Of a stretch of DNA of 55,309 nucleotides, positions 8,889-19,700 are shown piece after piece. This DNA is from a virus (Duplodnaviria > Caudoviricetes), in the IMG/VR virus record IMGVR_UViG_3300030107_002626, positions 1 to 55,309 of that record. One strand, written 5' to 3'. The translations under genes and the position numbers were made by a program. The notes beneath the pieces are model-generated. The model saw nothing but the letters and a program-made list of their open reading frames with translations, made no database searches and was not told where the DNA came from. Every line of letters starts with the position of its first letter. The first letter of the stretch is position 1.

Positions 8889-11245
8889 GTAAAGGCGGCA
8901 GCAGCGGTCCATCAGAAGTTACTCAGATAACCACAAATCTCCCGGAATACGCTCGTCCGTATTTTGAGGACATGTTAGGTCGTACAGTCTATGAGACTAC
9001 TCGGCCTTATGAAGCGTACCCGGGGCAAAGAATTGCTGACTTTACGCCCTATGAGCAGATGGGCATGCGGGGCATGTATGACATGGCCGCTGCAGGGGCA
9101 CCGTCTCAATTAGGAATGGCCTCAGATATTGCGTCTCAAATAGGTTACCAAGACAGCAATATGGGGATGAACATTGCTGGTGGGTTTGATCCCCAACAGA
9201 TTCGTTCAGATTATCAAGCTGGTACTTTTGATCCGGGATATGCTGCTGGAAGGTTGGGTCAGGGATACGAAGCGGATCAGCGGCAGTCTGGCTATGACCC
9301 TGCTGAGTTTGATTCAGGGTACGAAGCTGGCAGGGTTGGTCAGTCTTATCGCCCCGGGACACTTACTAGTGATCTCCGTCCCGCAGATTTTTCTATGGAC
9401 TACGAGGCCCAGCAAAGAGATCCAACGTATCGGGCACGGAATTTATTTTCCCGGTATCGGGCTGGCCCCATTGATTCTGGCTACGAGGCGGGAGAATTTT
9501 CCGCCGGAACAATAGATACGCCGGGTGACTCTGAATACAAAGCTGGCACTTTTGACCCGGGATACGTTGCAAAGGATCTTGGTCAGGATTACACGGCTAA
9601 AGAGTTAGAAAGCAAGTATGCAGGTGACCTTGGCCCCGTCAAAGACTTTGAAGCTGGCACGGTTGCTGATGCTGAAACGTTAGAAAAATACATGAATCCG
9701 TACCAGCAGTTGGTTACGGATATAGAAAAGAGAGAGGCTCGTCGCCAGTCTGATATTACTGGGAGCCAAATATCTCAACAGGCAGCATCTGCTGGTGGCT
9801 TAGGTGGTTACAGAGAAGCCATCATGCAGTCGGAAAGGGAAAGAAATCTTGGTGAGCAGCTATCCGATATACAGACAAGAGGCGGTCAGGCAGCTTATCA
9901 GCAGGCCCTTCAGACGTTTGAAGCGGACAGGGCGGCTAGGCTGCAAGAATCTGACTTTGGGCTCAGCAAGGCTCAAGCTCAGGATCAGGCAAAAAGAGAG
10001 GCAGAAGGATTAAGGCAATCTGCTTTTCAGACATCTGAGCAAGCTAGGCAAGAGCAGCAGAACATGGCAATCCGGTCCTACGAGGCTGGAGAAGGTGCTC
10101 GCCAACGGGCTGCTGATTTAGGATTAAGTGCTCAGGAACAAGCAGACGCGGCTCGGCAGGCTCAAGAGCAATTCAGGCAGAGCGCAGAAGGTCAACAGCT
10201 TACAGCTCAGGTAGAGCAAGAAAGAATTGACTTGGATGCATTCAATGCTGGAGAGCAAGCAAAACAAGAAGCTGCTCGCTTAGGGTTGAACGCGCAAGAG
10301 CAGGAAGAAGCAGGGCGCAGGGCTCAGGAAGAGTTCAGGCAGGCGGCTTTCCAGCAAACTGAAGCTGGGCGACAAACGCAAGAGCAATTTCAACAATCGG
10401 CCTTTAACGCTGGAGAAGAGGCGAGGCAAGAAGCGGCAAGGCTTGGGCTTAGCGAGCAAGAGCAAGAGCAAGCTTCAAGGCAGGCCGCTGAGCAATATAA
10501 GCAATCTGCTTTCCAGATTACTGAAGAAGGGCGTCAGCAGTATCAACAGTTTGAGCAACAAAGATTCCAGATACAGGAAGATGCTCGACAGGAAGCTGCG
10601 AGGCTTGGGCTTACTGCTCAAGAGCAAGAGGATTCAGCTAACAGGGCAGCAGAAGAGTTCAGTCAAAGGCAGTTTGCCCAGAACGAAGAACTCAGACTTG
10701 CCCAGCAACGAGAAGAAACAAACGTTTATCAGGCTGCAGAAAATGCCAGACAGGAGGCTGCACGTTTAGGTCTTACTGCCCAACAACAGGAAGACAGGGC
10801 ACGTCAGGCAGCAAATGAAATGCGGATGTCTGCTGATAAGTTCAATGTTAGTTCTGCTGAAACCGGAGCCCGACTTGGTCTTGCTGGCCTTAGTGCTGAC
10901 CAAGCAACCAGAGACCAACAGCTTCGTGCTGCCGGAATGCTTGGCGGCTTAGGTGAGCAAGAGCAAGCAATGGCCTATGAAAGGTTGCGTAACCTGCAAG
11001 CAGCGGGGGAGATCCAGCGAGGGATGAACCAGCGTGGCATGGACATGGGTTATCAAGATTTCCTGAGACAGCAGGCATTCCCGAGAGAGCAATTGTCATT
11101 CTTCAGTAACATTCTCAGGGGTCTGCCTGTTGAGCCGGGGCAAACTAGGGCTGCATATGGCCCCACAGCAAGTCCTGCGTCTCAGGCTTTAGGTGCAGGC
11201 ATAGGTGGCGTTGGCCTTTATAGGGCGCTGAGTGGGGCTGGTTAA
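8885..11245 (+). CDS. Putative DNA ejection protein
   Basis: 786 aa; MSKGG start, YMNPYQ motif, long Q/A/E coiled-coil repeats, Gly-rich hydrophobic C-terminus. Confidence 0.7.
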   Translation: MSKGGSSGPSEVTQITTNLPEYARPYFEDMLGRTVYETTRPYEAYPGQRIADFTPYEQMGMRGMYDMAAAGAPSQLGMASDIASQIGYQDSNMGMNIAGGFDPQQIRSDYQAGTFDPGYAAGRLGQGYEADQRQSGYDPAEFDSGYEAGRVGQSYRPGTLTSDLRPADFSMDYEAQQRDPTYRARNLFSRYRAGPIDSGYEAGEFSAGTIDTPGDSEYKAGTFDPGYVAKDLGQDYTAKELESKYAGDLGPVKDFEAGTVADAETLEKYMNPYQQLVTDIEKREARRQSDITGSQISQQAASAGGLGGYREAIMQSERERNLGEQLSDIQTRGGQAAYQQALQTFEADRAARLQESDFGLSKAQAQDQAKREAEGLRQSAFQTSEQARQEQQNMAIRSYEAGEGARQRAADLGLSAQEQADAARQAQEQFRQSAEGQQLTAQVEQERIDLDAFNAGEQAKQEAARLGLNAQEQEEAGRRAQEEFRQAAFQQTEAGRQTQEQFQQSAFNAGEEARQEAARLGLSEQEQEQASRQAAEQYKQSAFQITEEGRQQYQQFEQQRFQIQEDARQEAARLGLTAQEQEDSANRAAEEFSQRQFAQNEELRLAQQREETNVYQAAENARQEAARLGLTAQQQEDRARQAANEMRMSADKFNVSSAETGARLGLAGLSADQATRDQQLRAAGMLGGLGEQEQAMAYERLRNLQAAGEIQRGMNQRGMDMGYQDFLRQQAFPREQLSFFSNILRGLPVEPGQTRAAYGPTASPASQALGAGIGGVGLYRALSGAG

Positions 11246-13749
11246 TGAATATATTTGAGCAAGAAGACCTTATAAAAGGATTGCCTGATCAGGCTTTAAT
11301 GAAGGAGGCTCAGCAGCCTTCTGGGCAGCTCCCTCAGTATCTGGTCGTTTCTGAAATACAAAGACGACAAGACATGAGGAAAAGGTTTTCTGCTGAGAAC
11401 CAAGAAACGCCGCAAGACACTGTTAAGGATCAAATACTTAGTGGCATAGCGGCTATGGGGGATCAACAGCCTCAACAGCAGCAGCCGCCTCAGCCGGGAG
11501 GGATGCCACCACAACCGGGAGGAATGCCGCCTCAACCCGGGGGAATGCCTCCGGGAGCTATGCCGCCTCAACCGGGAGGGATGCCCCCTATGGGGATGCC
11601 TCCGCAGCAGCCGATGCCAATGCCTCCGGGGCCGCAAGGGCCAATGCCCCCGCAAGGTATGGCCGCTGGGGGTGTTGTTCGTATGCAAAGTGGTAGGCAA
11701 GCGACCTACCCGCCCGGTGCCGTTCCTCAGTCTACGTCAATTATTGGACAAAGAATAAATAACCCCTTAAATGTCAGGCAGTATGGGCAAGGGTTTGAGG
11801 GTGACGTGGGTGAAGAAGATTCTTTTATAAAATTTGAAGACCCGAGGTATGGCGTTCGCGCAGCAGACAAAGTTCTTGGCACCTATGGTAGAGATTACGG
11901 AATCGACACAATCGAGGACGTAATATCTAGGTACGCCCCTCCTTCTGACGATAACCCGACACAAGAATACATAGACTTTGTGTCAGGTCAGGCAGGAATA
12001 GGCCCGTCAGAAGAAATTGATCTTCAAGATCCAGAGCTTAGAGCCAGACTCCTATCGCCTATGGCCATGCTGGAGTCAAGAACAGAGATCAGTCCTCAAG
12101 AGGTATTGGCTCAGATTGCTTCTTTAAGGGAAAAGTCTCCAGAGTTAAACATCAATCCCAATGCCCCGGCCTTGGCGTACACGCCCGATCCTGTTCCAGA
12201 TGACAATCCGTATAAGGATGCAAGAAGGCGGGAGCAGTTAGTAAATATGGCTTCTGGTAATCGTGGTCTGCCTAATGCGGTTAAAGCTGACGCAGAAAAG
12301 GCTGACCCACAGTCAATTGTTGGAGACAGAAGTTTCAATGAGCTAATTAACTCCGTTGTTCCAGAGCTTTCAACTTCTCTTCCTCAAATAAATCTTCCTA
12401 TTGAATCTGTGGATTTTGGACAAAATCAAACTGCCGCCAGTCCTACTCGCATTCCAGAGACAGTCGTTAAGGGAAAGAGAGACGTTGGAAATCTTGACGA
12501 TCTTTTGAGAGAGACTTTCCCAGATTTGGCTGGCGCGGGGGCTCCAGATCAAGACGCATATGTATTTGGCCCCGAGTATTCAAACTACTCTGCGCCTTCG
12601 ATTAATCCTGAAATGCAAATTATTAATCCTCCCTCAGACTTGAGGATTCAGGGGCCTAGACCACAACCGCCCCAGCAGCTTCCTGTTCCTGATATGCAGA
12701 TTCCTGAAACAGTCGTTACCGGGAAGCGAGACAATAGAAGTCTTGATGAATTGCTGCGGCAGATAAACCCTGCCTTGGCAGATCAAGAGGTTAAGAGGGA
12801 AGGTCTGCCTGTAGATCCGGCGAATGTTATCGGGGAGTTTAGGGACGCAAATATACGTGAGCCGCGTCCTGCAATGAACCCAAAAAACTTAGAGCAATTT
12901 CGTTTGATTGAGCATGAGCAAGGGGGCAACCTAGCGCCATCCCTTGGGGACGATGCTAGGCAAGGTATTGAAAGTCTTATTGATAAGGTACTTCGCTATG
13001 CTGAAGAGCGACCACAAAGGGAGCCAGTGCTTATACCTGCACTCCGCAACCTTATGGATAGTAAGACGGGCAACATAACGCCGTACCTTGGGGACAAAGA
13101 TACTTGGCTTCCGTCCGATGCTTCAGATCAGGCTGCAATAGAAAGTGTTGAAAAAGCCAATCAACAGGACAAGGAGCCCGTTACACAGCAGCCTCCTGCT
13201 TCGGTCGCAAAGGCGCCAAAACCTACTCCCACGAAGGAAATTGGTTCTGAGTCTAGAAATCTTGAGCCTATTGCAAGGAAGCCAAAAGGTTTGTTGGCGG
13301 GTATTAAGGAAGGCATATCCGGGATGGATGATGCAGCCGCGTTGGCTTTAATGCAGCTTGGCAAGGGCATAGCTGAGGGAGATGTAGCTGGCGGTATAGC
13401 TAAGGCAGGAGAAGCTGCCTTGAAACAAAGGCAATCTGAAAAGCTCTTAGACCTCAGAGAAAAGCTAACGTCTGCTCAGGCTGCTAGGTATGAGGCTTTG
13501 GCCAGCACCACTCCGCTGGAAATTTTAGAGGCGGTTAATGATCAGATTGCAAACTTAGATCCTAGGGCTAGGCTGGAAATTGTAGAAAAACACGGCTCAA
13601 TAGATAATTACCGAGAAGTTTTAATCCGTCGATATGCTGAGGCGGCAAAAGTACCTCTTTCGGATATGGCCAGCGTAGTGACAATGTCGGGAGATCGTGG
13701 CGGTGGCGGGAATGCAGTCAAAAATTTTATGGACCTCGACCTGCAGTAA
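11245..13749 (+). CDS. Putative ejection protein with lysozyme-like peptidoglycan hydrolase domain
   Basis: RINNPLNVR..FEDPRYGVRA..TIEDVISRYAPPSDDNPTQEY motif (~11750-12110). Confidence 0.65.
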   Translation: MNIFEQEDLIKGLPDQALMKEAQQPSGQLPQYLVVSEIQRRQDMRKRFSAENQETPQDTVKDQILSGIAAMGDQQPQQQQPPQPGGMPPQPGGMPPQPGGMPPGAMPPQPGGMPPMGMPPQQPMPMPPGPQGPMPPQGMAAGGVVRMQSGRQATYPPGAVPQSTSIIGQRINNPLNVRQYGQGFEGDVGEEDSFIKFEDPRYGVRAADKVLGTYGRDYGIDTIEDVISRYAPPSDDNPTQEYIDFVSGQAGIGPSEEIDLQDPELRARLLSPMAMLESRTEISPQEVLAQIASLREKSPELNINPNAPALAYTPDPVPDDNPYKDARRREQLVNMASGNRGLPNAVKADAEKADPQSIVGDRSFNELINSVVPELSTSLPQINLPIESVDFGQNQTAASPTRIPETVVKGKRDVGNLDDLLRETFPDLAGAGAPDQDAYVFGPEYSNYSAPSINPEMQIINPPSDLRIQGPRPQPPQQLPVPDMQIPETVVTGKRDNRSLDELLRQINPALADQEVKREGLPVDPANVIGEFRDANIREPRPAMNPKNLEQFRLIEHEQGGNLAPSLGDDARQGIESLIDKVLRYAEERPQREPVLIPALRNLMDSKTGNITPYLGDKDTWLPSDASDQAAIESVEKANQQDKEPVTQQPPASVAKAPKPTPTKEIGSESRNLEPIARKPKGLLAGIKEGISGMDDAAALALMQLGKGIAEGDVAGGIAKAGEAALKQRQSEKLLDLREKLTSAQAARYEALASTTPLEILEAVNDQIANLDPRARLEIVEKHGSIDNYREVLIRRYAEAAKVPLSDMASVVTMSGDRGGGGNAVKNFMDLDLQ

Positions 13750-13788
13750 CAGGCCGTGGTTACTTTTGACCAGTTAGGATAATCCTCG

Positions 13789-16700
13789 ATGGATGTCAGG
13801 CTTCCGAATGGTGTTCTGGTTACGAATGTTCCAGATGATATTTCTCGCGATGAACTTGCGAGGGTGTCCATAAAGAACAACATTGCTTCAGCGTCAGATT
13901 TTGAAGACTTCTTTGCTGAGCAAAGGACGGTATCTGGTCAAGCGACAGAGTTTCTTAAAGGCGTCCCTAGAGGATTTGCCAACTCATTCTTAACAGCAGG
14001 CGAAGGTATCGCTGAGTTAGCTGATGCCGCGACCAACGCTGTCGGCATGGATGACCTCATTGATTCCGGTGAGGAGAATGAACTTGTAAGAGCTTCCCGA
14101 GAGGGACGCAACTTTATCAATGAACAGCTTGGATCAGATGTTGCCTACAACGATACTTGGACGACCAAGTTTGGTGAAGGCATCGGATCGTTTGCTTCGT
14201 TCTTCACTCCTGCGGGGGCCCTAAGAATTGCTGGCTTGGCCGGGAAAGTAGTCCCCAAGCTGGGTGGGATGGGTGCTACAGAGGCTGCAGTAACAGGAAC
14301 TTTAGCTGTTGGCACTGGGTCTGGAGAGCAGGCACAACGAGTGCAGGCTGCAAAAGATCGAGGACTTGATGTATCTCAAGGTGAAGAGGATCTAGCAATA
14401 TTAGGGGGCGCAGTTGTTGGTTTGTCAGAGCTTGCCCCTGTAAACAGGTTGCTTAGTCGAGTCTCTAAGACAGCAGATGCTCAGTTTAGGAAGAATTTAT
14501 CTGACCAACTTAAGGGTGCGTTGCTGACAGGTGCGGCAGAAGGGACTCAGGAAGTTGTTGCAAGCATTGCTCAGGATGCCATTGAGCGAGGCATCTATAA
14601 CGAAAACCTGCCAAGCAATGAATCTCTACTTGATGACTTTACTGTTGGTGGCGCAATAGGTACGAGTGCGGATCTGGTACTTAATGCTGTTGCTGGAAGA
14701 AGAAAGAATCTTGAAGGCGAGATAACGCTAGAGAAAGAAAGGGAGGCAAGGGCAAGAAGAAGCAAGTTAATAGAAGATTCTGCCCAGAAATTGACTGCGG
14801 CTCAGTCTGCTCAGGCTGCTCAAGCAGAGCCGAGAGTTGAGCCGGAAGTAGGTGCGCGGGTAGACCCTTCTCAGATACTCCCCCCTGATCCAGATCAGAT
14901 CGGCCCTACAGGGCTTGGAGCCCCCAACAGAATAGTTCTGGCTACCGACATGGAAGGCAACTCCTTCCAAGCAGAGGAGCGTACAAAGACTCTTAGATCG
15001 AAGGGGGAGTCTAAAGAAGTTAAGTACATCCTAGCCCCGGAAGAAGATGGCACGTTTGTCGAAAAGGTATTGTCTGTTGATGGGGTTCAAAATCCTCAGT
15101 TAGACCTCTCGATTAATGAGATTCAGGCACCCCCGGAATCGTTCGTTGAGGCAAGACCTACAGACGAGACCGCTGCCTATGGTCGGCATATCGCCAGAAC
15201 GATGGGCGATAACTTTGACTTTGAACCCGGTAGCTTTTCTGTAAAGCAAGAGGGTCTTGATAGAAACGGGATGCCTCAGTTCAGGGTAGTTGATTCCAAG
15301 GGAGACAACTACGGAACAAATCTTCCCTCTTATGAGGAGGCAGTAAAGCTCGCCGGGGTTCTAAACGACGAGATCATAGACAGGAATATTATCAATGGAT
15401 TGGTAACAATTCTGGATATTTCTGATCAGTCCCTGTCTCCAGAAGCCACCAGAACAATGATGCTCTATGGTTTCAGGGCGCTTCATCCAGATGAAAACAC
15501 ATACACCATAGCTGAAGTTAACAGTGCGGCAGGTACGACAATTGCTGAGGGGTTCAGCGAAAACAATTATGACGCCAATGGTAAAAGCGTCTTAAAAGAG
15601 ATGATTGCTCTGGGCACGTCTCCCCGCAAAATGACTGCTGCCCAGAGGATAAATGCTAAGCGTCTTCAGCAAGGTCTACCAGAGACAACAACGTTTACTG
15701 TTCAAGAGGCTAAGTCAGTTCTTGGAAAGAACTTCGGAAAGCTTGCTGACAAACCCAGCGAGATTGAAACAGAGACGTACACAACAAGGAAGCTCAAGAA
15801 GGGCAGAAACAAAGGTAACTTTGTAGTTGTTAGTTCTTCTGGAGAGGTTATCAATTCAAGGCCAGCAACTGCGCTAGAAAAGCAGCAGGCAAGAGAAGCT
15901 GGCAAAAGGGCTCCCTCTAAGATCAAGTTGGTAACTATGGGCGAGGCCCGTAAGTATGCCAACGTTCTCAATAAGAACAAAGACATTGGCCTTGTTGACG
16001 AGTCTGTTTTTTCAGAAAAAGAAGTAAACATTTCTCTAGTTCAAAGCCTGCTGAGAAGCAAGAATATTTCGTCTCCAATAGGTTCTCCTGAAGTCAGGAC
16101 TCTGGCCGAACTATTTACTGGCGTCTCGGCAAAGGGCAGGAAAAAGATTTCAGATTTTTCTCCTGCTGAGCTTAAGGTTTTCTATCAAAAGCTGAGGTCT
16201 CTTCCGAGGTTTGACTCTCCTACAAACCTTGTAGATCTCAAACTAAAGCCTTATTCCAGAGCGCAGTTCCAGCAGGGCGTTGAGTCGGCCAAGATTTCCC
16301 CAGCCGAGGGATCAATAAAAGATTACATTGCCTCTGAAGTAGGGATAGATACTTCCACAGAGCGGGGGCAAAGGAAGCTTGACGCATTGATGTCTGACTT
16401 AGAGAGTCAGGGATCATTCAGGAAAGACGAACAGATTCAGGAGGAGGTCGAGACTCCTGTACTTGCCCTGCCCGGGCCAGATGATTTTCAGGTAAAGCTT
16501 CAAGCTGCTGCTGAAGCGGCTATGGATAAGGTTGGCCTGAAAGATGTCGGCGTAAATATTGGACGCGCATTAAATAATGCTCTCAGGAACGCTGAAGGGG
16601 AGATTGTCTACGGAGTTAGAAGGAGGCTTCCGGGGGATGACCCGGACTCAACCATCTTTTTGGGTGGCGACAGCGATATTGTTGTAGAGACATCTCCTGA

Positions 16701-19700
16701 TCAGTCAGTAGAGGGATTCTATTCTCCGTATGTTGGTCAAATATTTGCAGCGATAGATCGTCTTCCTGCAGGCATGACGCCTGAGCAGCAGCAAGATTAT
16801 TTGATCGGCATTATTAATCATGAACAGATCCATGCAATGCGAGAGCTTGATCTGTTTACTGATAAAGAGTGGAAGCTTTTGTCGGGAATCGTTGCCAAGC
16901 GAAAGAACAGCAACGGAGTCACCTATTTAGATCAAGCTCGCAAAGACTACAGTGGGAGTCTTCCCTCTGTTCAGATCGAAGAGGCCGTTGCTGAATTAAC
17001 CAAAGACGCCAGAAAAGATTCCTCAGTTGTATCGGGCAAACCAAAGAATCTGCTGAACAGAATATCTGATTTCTTTGAGAGGCTTCGTAATTTCCTTCGG
17101 CTTAATGGCTTCCAGAGCTTTAGTGGAATCGTTGAAAGTATTGAGTCAGGTGAGATTGGTGGCCGTGAGCGCGGAGAGACAACTTCTACGACTGTTTACG
17201 CTCCTACACCTACCTCTACAGCGACTCGGACGACCCGTACCGGAGTAATAAGAACGTTCAGGGATGCAGAGCAAGAGGCCGAGTTAAGAGAAAGGATTCA
17301 GGGGGCTGCTGCCCGTGGTCCGTCCGGCGCTCAGCCAGACTTTTATGATCCCAACCGGCAGGCTCAAGATGATGAGCAAGAGACTGCGGTAGCTGATAAG
17401 GCAAGTGTAAGGGAAATAAAGACTAGAGTTCCTCTTCCTGAAGAACCTGCTCCTGTCCTTCCCATTGGGCCTGTTGAACAGGCTCTTATTGATTTGCTTT
17501 CTAAACATAGCTCTCCAACATCTAATCAACTAGGAAAGATTTCGGGTGCCCCTGCTCCCCGAACAAAGAAAACCCGTAGCGGGAGACGCTTAAAGAATAA
17601 GTTAGATGCGGATGTAAGGCCGACATCTATGTCCGAGCTACGAAAAATGGCGAGGATCGGTTTAGAAAGCAGCAATAACCTTAAGTGGTACGATGATTTT
17701 GGGAAGGGGATTCTGAGTATTGTCGGTGACGCCAATATGGCAGAAGCGTCTGTGATATTTGGAATCACATCTCAGCAAAATTCTCCAGAACAAAACCTTG
17801 CCGAAACGCTGCACATCATGGCAGTAGCAAGAGCCTTCAACCCGGTAAAACAAAAAAATGAATTTATATCTGCCTTGCGTAATGGAAGGAGGCCGGGTGG
17901 AAGCAAGCTGAAAATCAGTGGCGATCAAATAAATAGGATCGTCAGACTGTACAACGAAGGGTTTGCTGATGCTGGATTAAAGACATCCACTTATATGCAG
18001 ATGATTCAAGACAGAGCGGCCAATATATTTAATCCTTTCAGCGTTCAAGACGTACACATGGCTAGGGTCTTTGGGTTCAAAAGAAAGAAGGTTGACCCTA
18101 AGACCGGCAACGTAGTTGATGACTCTAAAATTCCTACGGATACAAATTATCGTTACGCTCAGTTCTTAACGAGTAAGCTTGCTGAGGAATTTGACTTAAC
18201 TCCAAATCAAATGCAGGCAGCTTTGTGGTTTTATGCCAAGAAAAATCTTAGCCCAAAGAAAGGTGGAAGCCCGGGAACATGGGAGTCTTCAAGAAGCAAA
18301 TCTCAACCAGAGATAGAACAGCTTTTGAGCTTAGAGAAGGCTGGATACCTCACGAAAGACAGGCCGCTTACTGAACCCCTTCTAAGTCCGGTCAAGGCTG
18401 CAAACAAGATTGCAACAAAGTCAGTAGCGTTTTCAAATACTTTGCAGAATGAAGATTTGTTAGAAGTTGCTAGGTTGCGTGCGCCTAAATCGGTGTTCTC
18501 AGCAAATCCCGGTAACAAAAGAGGTTATGGGTTTCCGAATGAGACAGAGCTTGCGGATGTCATTGAGTTTAATCGTGATGCAGTTGATGTCATCACAGAT
18601 GATGACGGGCAGATTCCATTTATCCGAGAGCTTGGTTTGCCGCATGAGATTCAAGTTGGGTTTGGTACTTATGAGGGGTTGGAACCAAATATCACCGTTC
18701 GCTTAATTGGTGGCACTCCTCGGCAAGCATCCTTCGTTTCTAATATTTTAGGCGATGCCTTATTGCAAGACGCCGCAATCATGGCAACTCCTGCTTTTGG
18801 ATCAGGGTCGCAGGTCGGTGTTGCCTTTCAAAAAGAAGATGGCAGCAATTTTGAAGTAGAAGATTTGGCGATAATTTCTGAGGCAGTAAACCCAGAAAAA
18901 GATGAGTACGGTCTAAACTTTACTCAGGTCACGCCAGATGTAATTGCCTTTATAGACGGCAGAGTCTACGATGAAAAGATAACATACAACGAAAAGCAAA
19001 TGCTTCCTGAGTTTATTGAGTCTCTCAGGAGTAAGATTCCAGAAAGTATTGGCCTCAACATGGGGGCTTTCTACCAAGAGGGTGATTATTTTGAGTCGAA
19101 AGACTACAAGAGAAATATTAAGCAGATTGGGAGTGAAGGAACTGTCCCCGGATCATCCGATATACTCGGCAGGCTCGATGATACGCTTTACAAACCGTTC
19201 TGGGACCACTACACAGCGACAGTCAAAAGGTTCGGATTCGATCCGAAAGAAAAAGAAAGACCCCGACCCGACCTAGATCAAGAAGGCAGAGAAGTAAAGA
19301 TAGAACCTGTTGGCGATGAATACTCTTTACTTGCCAACAGATTCTCTATCAGCGCCTCTCAGGCTAACTACGCAGTAGAGCAGAATGAGTTATCTGCGCT
19401 TGATGCCTCATCAGGCACCATGCCCAGATATAGTTTTACTGCTGCACCAGAATCTCAGTACGTTGCTCAAAATCCCGATCAATCTGACTACGCAGACCCG
19501 GTCCCCCTTGATAGGTATTCAAGGGCAAATACTCCCGACCTAGATCCTGAAGAGCAGTCTTTAATATCCGGCATCGTTACGTCTCCCCCAGAGAATGAGA
19601 CGCCGGGGCAGACGTATATGTCTGTTACGGGTGACAGCAAGCTTAGTTATTTCCTTGGCAAAGCTAAGCAAGGATTTATAAACAGGTACGCTCGTCTTGA

